44,434 nt of DNA from positions 132,428 through 176,861 of the forward strand of contig JBBDTI010000016.1 in assembly GCA_040904565.1 (NCBI GenBank). Reading direction: 5' to 3'. This document shows positions 1 through 6,664 of this stretch, piece by piece. Below the pieces are notes generated by a model, which worked only from the letters and a program-made list of their open reading frames with translations, had not been told where the DNA came from and ran no database searches. Numbering within the stretch: the stretch's first letter is position 1; each line of letters starts with the position of its first letter. The translations under genes were made by a program, and so were the position numbers. The stretch is from Rhodothermales bacterium (GTDB lineage: Bacteria; Bacteroidota; Rhodothermia; Rhodothermales; VXPQ01).

Positions 1-185
1 TCGTCACCGGTGGATTCGTCGACGAGCACGATGGCCTCCTCCGGACACTCCACGACGCATTCCTCGAAGTCGCAGCACGTGTCGTCGATCACGTACTTCG
101 GCTCACCTTCCGATATGGCACCGATCGGACACACGTCGAGGCACAATCCGCACGCCGTACATGCGTCCGTAATTTGGTAGGCCAT
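1..185 (-). CDS. Small dicluster-type ferredoxin, 3' end cut by the window edge (absent from the ORF track)
   Basis: Manual translation from ATG at 185: MAYQITDACTACGLCLDVCPIGAISEGEPKYVIDDTCCDFEECVVECPEEAIVLVDESTGD. Canonical CxxCxxCxxxCP plus a second variant motif; GAGGAG RBS at 191-196. Confidence 0.9.
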   Translation of the reverse strand, partial: MAYQITDACTACGLCLDVCPIGAISEGEPKYVIDDTCCDFEECVVECPEEAIVLVDESTGD

Positions 186-276
186 ATGCTCTCCTCGAAC
201 TTCCCGTGTGACGAACGAACGTTGCGTTGGGCGCGCGGATCGCGATCGATCCGTACCAGACACCGGCCCGAAGCGG

Positions 277-1566
277 CTAGGCCAGCCATTCCGGAGCGGC
301 CGGCTCGGCCTCATCGAACGAGGGGAGCCGTTTAAAGGCGCTCGGCCGCTCCATGCCGGCGAGGGCCTCCTGCATAATTTTCTGCGTGATGACGCTGACC
401 TGGTGGCGGTCGGCGTAGGATTCAAGTCCCTTGCGCACCTTCTGTCGGATAAACCGGATCGGGATGCGCTCCAGGCGCGCCTTCGCGTCAGCGGTCCAGG
501 TCACGTCCGACAGTTCCAGCGGTTCGCCCGTGGGCTGGTACGTACAGGCCGGATCCTCCTGCAGATAATCCCCGAAGGATGCCTGGGCACGGCACCGGCA
601 GCCGCCGCAAAGCTCGTTGAACTCGCAGGCCCCGCACCGCCCCTTGAGCCGCGATCGATCGCGCAGGCTGCGTAGCACGGTCGAGGAGGTCCACACCTCC
701 TCGAAAGACTGCTCCCGTACGTTACCGGCGACGACGGTCATATACGGACACGGCGTCACATCGCCGCTAGGCGTGATCCGGCAGTAGTGCGTACCGGCCA
801 TGCAGCCGCCGCTTTCCAGGCCGCCCCGTCCCATCTCGTAGGCGATCTGTTTAAACTGCGGCGCGCACTTCGACCGAACGAGCATGGGGCGGAAATCGTC
901 CTGCCGCGCGGCCAGCTCACGCAGCAGCGCGTCGGTATCCTCGGCGGACAGATCGTTCATCTGCTGCCCGCGGCCGGTCTGGACCAAGAAATACACGTTG
1001 AACGACCAGGCCCCCTTCTCCCGGGCGAAGGCCATCAGCTGGGGAAGCTCATCGCGATTCATATCCATCACCGTCGTCTGCACGAGCACCTCCAGACCGT
1101 GCCTTCGGCAGGTATCCAGGGCACGTACGGAATGCTGCCACGCATTGGGGCCGCCGCGAAATCGGTTGTGCTTCTCCGGATCGATGGAGTCGAGGCTGAT
1201 GCCGACGCCCTTGACCCCGCATTCCACCATCTTCTCCGCCACGCGATCGGTGACGAGCACGCCGTTGGTCCCCATGACCACCCAGATGCCCGACTCGGAG
1301 GCGGTACGGGCGATCTCGTAGATATCCCTTCGCAGGAGCGGCTCACCTCCGGTCAAAATGAGCATCTCCGTGCCCAGCGCCCGCATCTCGTCGATCAGCG
1401 AGAGGCATTCGTCGGTCGTGAGCTCGTTCTCTTCCGCCGTACCCCCCTCCATGTAGCAGTGCGGGCACTTCAGATTGCACTTCCTCGTGAGATTCCACGA
1501 AACGAGGGATGGACGGTAGGTGCGATCGGTCGCATCGGCCTGTACGAATGGCTTCTCGGTACTCAT
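277..1566 (-). CDS. Radical SAM/SPASM protein of the AhbD/NirJ heme-biosynthesis type with a C-terminal PCP_red-like domain
   Basis: SWNLTRKCNLKCPHCY (CxxxCxxC), LTGGEPLLR, KCAPQF, SPASM cysteines GCMAG..VTPCPY..CGACEFNELCGGCRCRA..C; tail WTADAKARLERIPIRFIRQKVRKGLESYA resembles the BchB/ChlB C-terminal domain. Confidence 0.8.
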   Translation of the reverse strand: MSTEKPFVQADATDRTYRPSLVSWNLTRKCNLKCPHCYMEGGTAEENELTTDECLSLIDEMRALGTEMLILTGGEPLLRRDIYEIARTASESGIWVVMGTNGVLVTDRVAEKMVECGVKGVGISLDSIDPEKHNRFRGGPNAWQHSVRALDTCRRHGLEVLVQTTVMDMNRDELPQLMAFAREKGAWSFNVYFLVQTGRGQQMNDLSAEDTDALLRELAARQDDFRPMLVRSKCAPQFKQIAYEMGRGGLESGGCMAGTHYCRITPSGDVTPCPYMTVVAGNVREQSFEEVWTSSTVLRSLRDRSRLKGRCGACEFNELCGGCRCRAQASFGDYLQEDPACTYQPTGEPLELSDVTWTADAKARLERIPIRFIRQKVRKGLESYADRHQVSVITQKIMQEALAGMERPSAFKRLPSFDEAEPAAPEWLA

Positions 1567-1572
1567 AGTCTA

Positions 1573-3084
1573 TCAGGCCGATTCCGGCCGTGTATGCTTC
1601 CACCTTACGATGCCGACCACGCTGAGCAGGACGAGCAGCGTCAGGCCGACCGCACGAAGCATGGGCATCGCCACGGAGGGCTGCTCGACCGGCTCTACGT
1701 AGACGTGGTACCACGACGTGATACCTCGCCGGTTGCCACGCTCTTCATTGAATCCGTCCCATATTGAAAACGCGACGGGTACGAAGGCCCCTTCCGTAAA
1801 AGACTCGGAACGAGGCATCCTGAACATCGCCATCCATTCACCCGCCTCGTAATCGGCGTAGAAGTCCGGCTCCGCATCCGTCGCCGTCAAATCGTCGCTC
1901 CCGCGCCCGACGAACACGATGGCGCTGTCGGTTGCCAGATCCGCGAACCACAGGTCGACGGGATTGCGGGCGTCCCCAAACAGGAAGTACGGTGTCTGGC
2001 CGGCGTCGGCCGAGGGAAACTGGACGGCGACAGCATCCGAATACGGACTCGCCACCGTGTCGCGCACGACCTGCTCGATCCCCGACACGTCCATATCCGG
2101 ACGGTTGCTGCCGTTCGTCTCCGCCGCCATGTCGTGCCAGGACAGGGCCACGGCGAACTCGTCGCCGGTGTAGAAGGCCTTGACCTCGACGGCGTCGACG
2201 CCCGGCATGAACGACCGACCCGGCTCGATCACCTGTCCGACTACCGGGAAGACGCCCCCTCGCTCCTCACCGAAAAGCTCGCGGACCTGCGTCACGTCGA
2301 TGGGTCCGTCGACGGCCCGCGCCGTGATCATGGTCGAGTAGTCGGGCTCGTCTTCCGAAAGCGAATACACGTAGTCGACGAGGGCCCACCGATCTTCGAT
2401 GGGATCGATGGTAAACGACGGCATCGGCGTGCCGTCGAGCCCCGTCGTAAACGTCCGGTAGATGTCCTGTCTGGAAGTTCCTCCGATATACGTCCATCGC
2501 TTCGTCATGTCGGCCGGGCGCAGATGGTTGTCCCACTGATCCTGCAGCGTCGTCGCGGACGGACCGTCACCGCGGCCCTGCTGCCCGTGACAGTCGGCGC
2601 ACCCATTCTCCTCGTAGACGATGCGGCCGCGCTCGATCGTTTCCTCGTTCATGCCGGGCGGACTCGGAATCTCCACCAGGTCCGGCATCCCGTACGGGCC
2701 GGCGAAGTCGTCGTTGAACGTCTTGATGAAGTAAACGAGGTTCCGGATCTGGTTCTCGTTTAGCTGCGGCCACGCAGGCATGCCCGTATAGGGCATCCCC
2801 TCCCGGATCACGCGGATCATGTCGTCGTCGGTCGGCAGCTGGCCGCTTGGCGTCGTGCGGACCTTGTAGATACCGGCCGTAAAGTCACGCGGCATCGGCC
2901 GCATGAACGGTGCCGCCTCGCCGTCGCCCTGGCCCGTATCACCGTGGCACTGTGCACACTTATCCAAATACAGTGCACGCCCGGCTTCGCGCTGCTGCTC
3001 GGTGCCCAGGTCCGGTTCCGCCTGACCGGCGGCCGTCAGTGGGAACAGCGCCGTAAAGAGTATGACAGCTAGTGCTCGCATCAT
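1573..3084 (-). CDS. Exported diheme cytochrome c fused to an ethylbenzene dehydrogenase gamma (EbdC/NxrC, DOMON-like) domain, with C-terminal membrane anchor
   Basis: Signal peptide MMRALAVILFTALFPLTAAG; CAQCH and CADCH; DAVAVQFP, VDLWF, GEW, PVAFSIWDG..ERG motifs; terminal TM helix. Start moved to 3084 (ATGA overlap with the upstream stop). Confidence 0.8.
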   Translation of the reverse strand: MMRALAVILFTALFPLTAAGQAEPDLGTEQQREAGRALYLDKCAQCHGDTGQGDGEAAPFMRPMPRDFTAGIYKVRTTPSGQLPTDDDMIRVIREGMPYTGMPAWPQLNENQIRNLVYFIKTFNDDFAGPYGMPDLVEIPSPPGMNEETIERGRIVYEENGCADCHGQQGRGDGPSATTLQDQWDNHLRPADMTKRWTYIGGTSRQDIYRTFTTGLDGTPMPSFTIDPIEDRWALVDYVYSLSEDEPDYSTMITARAVDGPIDVTQVRELFGEERGGVFPVVGQVIEPGRSFMPGVDAVEVKAFYTGDEFAVALSWHDMAAETNGSNRPDMDVSGIEQVVRDTVASPYSDAVAVQFPSADAGQTPYFLFGDARNPVDLWFADLATDSAIVFVGRGSDDLTATDAEPDFYADYEAGEWMAMFRMPRSESFTEGAFVPVAFSIWDGFNEERGNRRGITSWYHVYVEPVEQPSVAMPMLRAVGLTLLVLLSVVGIVRWKHTRPESA

Positions 3085-3896
3085 TCTACGTGCTCCCTCG
3101 CCCGGGGCCGCTGCCCGGTATAATCGTACAGAAACAGCGTTACGTCCCATATCTCCTCTTCGGTCAGGAAGTCTTCCCAGGCGGGCATGGCGGACTTCCA
3201 CGGCGTCGACTCGGACGGCAGTCCGGGAGCGCCCTTCGCGATGCGCCAGAAGATGTACGTCTCCTGGAGCATGGCGATCGTCGTCGACGACCGGAAGTTG
3301 GCTGGGATCGGATTGAAACCATGCGCGAAGAGACCGTCGCCGCCCATGTCGTCCCCATGGCAGAACACGCAGTTCTCGAAGTACACCCGCCGGCCGTTGG
3401 CCACGTGTCGGGCGAACTGCTCCGGGTCCTCCGTCTCGAGCGATCGGTACGGATTCTCATCCGCCACCAGATCGATCGTTTCACCCTTGAAGTCGATCGA
3501 CGTCGGCGGAGGCGGATGGATGGTCCGACTGCTAACAGGCGGCACCGGCGCAGCCGTCATGTCGAGATATACGCGAAGCGCAACCAGTCCGGGAAGCAGC
3601 AGCAGCACCACAATCAAGGGCACCGTGTAGCGCTTCTCCGTCAGAAAGCGAACGACGCGCTCCCGCACGAACCTGAAATGATCCGAATCGGCCGACATGT
3701 ACGCGAGCAGAGCCAGCGTCAGGATGGCCATGAACATATTGAGGATCGACGACGGCAGCGGCGGGTCGATGCCCCATCGGAAAACGACGTAGGCCCCCGC
3801 CCAGAGGGAGACTATCCAGGCAAGGATGTTCATCCGCGGAACGAACCGCAGCGCAACCAGAACCGCAACGACGGCAAGCAGGACGATGACGTTCAT
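3081..3896 (-). CDS. Membrane-bound monoheme cytochrome c
   Basis: About four hydrophobic N-terminal segments, CVFCH, distal ligand motif SAMPAW; ATGA overlaps with both neighbours. Confidence 0.85.
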   Translation of the reverse strand: MNVIVLLAVVAVLVALRFVPRMNILAWIVSLWAGAYVVFRWGIDPPLPSSILNMFMAILTLALLAYMSADSDHFRFVRERVVRFLTEKRYTVPLIVVLLLLPGLVALRVYLDMTAAPVPPVSSRTIHPPPPTSIDFKGETIDLVADENPYRSLETEDPEQFARHVANGRRVYFENCVFCHGDDMGGDGLFAHGFNPIPANFRSSTTIAMLQETYIFWRIAKGAPGLPSESTPWKSAMPAWEDFLTEEEIWDVTLFLYDYTGQRPRAREHVE

Positions 3897-4714
3897 GATC
3901 CCTCTCCAGTCTGCTGAGCGAGGAACTCGACCAGTGTTCTGAGCTGCGACGTGGATACGTTGTCGTAGAAGCCCGTCGCGTTGAGCTGAGCCGCCATGAG
4001 TCCCTGCTGGAAACCTTCAGCGACCGTGGCGTCGGGCTCCAGTATCGCCTCATAAATCGCATCGCGAGAGAGCCGGCTGCCCACGTCATACAGGCTCGGA
4101 CCTATCATCGGAGTCGGCTCCGTCAGGCTGTGGCACGTGCCGCAGGCGTACGCGTCGTAGAGCTCCTGCCCGCTCATATCCTGGGCAGCGGCAGGCGCGG
4201 CCGGTGCGGCCTCCGAGCCGCCGCCACCCGAATTCTCCTCACTCTGCCACGGCAGCTCGGTGCCCAGCGTAACGGTCGGTTCACCGCCCAGGCTCTGCAG
4301 GTACGCGATGACGGCCAGGATCTGCCGGTCCGACAGGCTGATGGGTGGCTGGGCCGCCGGAGGCATGCCGGGAAGGAAACCTTCCACCACGAATTCATTG
4401 GGCTCGTACAGAGACTGGCCGAGGTATTCCACGTCCGACATCCCCTCCACGCGCTGGCCCGCCGCGGCCCCGATGCCGGCGAGGTCCGGGAATCGTCCGC
4501 CCGTTTCACCGGACATCGTGTGGCAGCTCAGGCACGTGCCCTGTCCGGATACGATCTCCGCACCGACCTCGACGAGTTCCTCCGTCGTCATGTCCTCGCC
4601 GATCTCCGTATCGTCGGGCGGATAGGTTACCGTCTGCGGTACCATCTGACCGACGTAGCTATAAAAGAGCACGACGAGAATGGTGAAGGCGAATATTTTT
4701 ACGGCGTTCATCAT
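3893..4714 (-). CDS. Membrane-anchored diheme cytochrome c
   Basis: N-terminal TM MMNAVKIFAFTILVVLFYSYVG; CLSCH and CGTCH; start moved to 4714 (ATGA overlap, GGAGG upstream). Confidence 0.85.
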   Translation of the reverse strand: MMNAVKIFAFTILVVLFYSYVGQMVPQTVTYPPDDTEIGEDMTTEELVEVGAEIVSGQGTCLSCHTMSGETGGRFPDLAGIGAAAGQRVEGMSDVEYLGQSLYEPNEFVVEGFLPGMPPAAQPPISLSDRQILAVIAYLQSLGGEPTVTLGTELPWQSEENSGGGGSEAAPAAPAAAQDMSGQELYDAYACGTCHSLTEPTPMIGPSLYDVGSRLSRDAIYEAILEPDATVAEGFQQGLMAAQLNATGFYDNVSTSQLRTLVEFLAQQTGEGS

Positions 4715-6468
4715 CCCCCCACCTCCATCTCCTTCCTCCCGGAGAGGCTCGTGATCCAGAACACGATCGCGATGAACGTAAAGAAGATCAGCACGGTCAC
4801 GGATACGACGTTCGCGGCATAACCGAGCGACGGGATGAAGGCGTCGGGAGACGTATCCGCCATCACGCCGTAGACGTGCCAGTGCTGGCGGATGCCCGAT
4901 CGAACGTATCCCATCAGCCCCATCGTCCACGCAAACGTGATGGCGATGAAAAAGAGCGTGTACTGCGCCCGCTTGGGGATCTTACCCCAGGCGATAGGCC
5001 CGAGCACTTTCGCATCCTTGAACATGAAAATGTCGATGATCGTGATGGAGATCATCGCAAAAAGGACGGAGCCGACCTGCGGGATGGAGAGACCGATACG
5101 TACGGAAGCCTCCACGAAATAGCCGTAGACGCCGAGGAAAACCACGATGCCTACGACGATCGCCAGAATACCGAACTGCACCAGCTTGCCCGTACGCGCC
5201 CACGACACCGTTGCTTCCTTGTTCGCGCGCCGGTAGAAGAGAAAGCTCAGATAGGTGGTCAGAATGAGAATGTTTACGGCCGTGTTCTTGGCCGACATCA
5301 CCCCGAGCACGCTGAGGACGGGGTGGTGCGACCCGCCCATGGCCCGTGCTTCCTCCACCGTGGCCACGAGGGAATGCGGCGTCGCCCATACGATAAAGCA
5401 GACCGTGACGGAGGCGAGCAGGTACTTGATGAACTTTCGATATCGCTCCGCCCCGTGAATGCGCTCCATGCTGAGCCACAGGTAGTAGTTGGCCGCCAGA
5501 AAGAGGTTGCCGATCAGCACGGCCTGGATGATGAAGAGCCACGAAAACGTGCCGCCCATGAGCGCGATGCCGAGGCTCTGAGAGAAGGCGTAAATCTCGC
5601 GGCCGAGCCAGTATCCGGCGAAAGGTAGCGGCAGGAGCGCCGCGATGGCGATGAAGTTGCCGATGTAGCCCATCCAGTCGTAATGCGCCCGCTCCTCGTC
5701 GGTCCTGGCGCCGAGGAACTTGTAGGCGCCGTACGCTCCGGCGATCGATCCGCCAAAGCAGATGTTGGCGATCAGGCGGTGGATGTTGATCGGCATCCAC
5801 GTAAAGTTGTTGATCGCGTCCCAGGTCGAGACGAGGGCACCCGTCTCGTCGATGCCGGAAGGGGAGTTCATGAACGTCAGCCAGGCATCCGCGATGAAGA
5901 GGATGACGATGCCGACGAGGTTGAGGCCGAGGCCGACGAGGAGGTGGACGCCCTTGGGCATTTTGCCCCATCCGTAGTAATACGAATAGAGGAACACGGC
6001 CTCGAGGAAGAAGACGCTCACGTACAGCACGAACGTCCAGTCGAAGATCGAGACCAGATACTCCATCAGCCTCGGATAGAGGATGAAGAGCAGAAAGGTC
6101 AGCATCGCACCCAGCGTCGCCGTAAAGGAGAACGACACCGACAGGAGCTTCGTGAAGTCGTAGGCCAGCTGGTCGTATCGATCGTCACCGGATCGGTAGC
6201 CGATGAACTCGATCGTGAGCGCGAACATGGGCACCGCGAGCACGAACGCGGCAAACATGAGGTGAAGCTGGGCGACCACCCAGACGGCAACCCGACTGCC
6301 TACGACCGGAAAGGCTCGGTATTCGACATCGCCTCCCGGCATTTGCGGAACGGCGGCAAGAACTTCAGGCGCTCCGGCGATAAGGAACGCCGCGCCGATA
6401 ACAATCAAGCATGAAGGCACCACGTATGGCGCCTTCCGTTCGGGTAGATTCATAGGCGTACTGCCCAT
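4711..6468 (-). CDS. Cytochrome bd oxidase subunit I-like membrane protein (non-canonical, OR-N/Nitrospira-like type)
   Basis: Polytopic; QLHLMF (E. coli CydA H19-like), FFLEA (E107-like), INIHRL (H186-like), GYVRSGIRQHW (GRQPW-like). Alternative start at 6453. Confidence 0.8.
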   Translation of the reverse strand: MGSTPMNLPERKAPYVVPSCLIVIGAAFLIAGAPEVLAAVPQMPGGDVEYRAFPVVGSRVAVWVVAQLHLMFAAFVLAVPMFALTIEFIGYRSGDDRYDQLAYDFTKLLSVSFSFTATLGAMLTFLLFILYPRLMEYLVSIFDWTFVLYVSVFFLEAVFLYSYYYGWGKMPKGVHLLVGLGLNLVGIVILFIADAWLTFMNSPSGIDETGALVSTWDAINNFTWMPINIHRLIANICFGGSIAGAYGAYKFLGARTDEERAHYDWMGYIGNFIAIAALLPLPFAGYWLGREIYAFSQSLGIALMGGTFSWLFIIQAVLIGNLFLAANYYLWLSMERIHGAERYRKFIKYLLASVTVCFIVWATPHSLVATVEEARAMGGSHHPVLSVLGVMSAKNTAVNILILTTYLSFLFYRRANKEATVSWARTGKLVQFGILAIVVGIVVFLGVYGYFVEASVRIGLSIPQVGSVLFAMISITIIDIFMFKDAKVLGPIAWGKIPKRAQYTLFFIAITFAWTMGLMGYVRSGIRQHWHVYGVMADTSPDAFIPSLGYAANVVSVTVLIFFTFIAIVFWITSLSGRKEMEVGG

Positions 6469-6603
6469 ATTGCGGGTGATGAACGCACGGTCCGTCGGTA
6501 CGAAACCCCCTACCCTTCAGCTCTCGGTCTACAATCAGTCCGCCTTTCGGAGGTCTACGGCGCACTGTGAACTTCCCTAAGAGCCTCGGCAAAATTCTCG
6601 TAA

Positions 6604-6632
6604 AGAATACAGAAAGAGGTGCGAGAGTGCAA
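6604..6632 (-). promoter_or_regulatory. Putative sigma70-type promoter for the bd-like module
   Basis: Minus strand TTGCAC-N17-TATTCT in the spacer upstream of the cydA-like gene. Confidence 0.55.
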
Positions 6633-6664
6633 AGGGCTTGTTGGAATCTCCGAAGACGCCTCCT

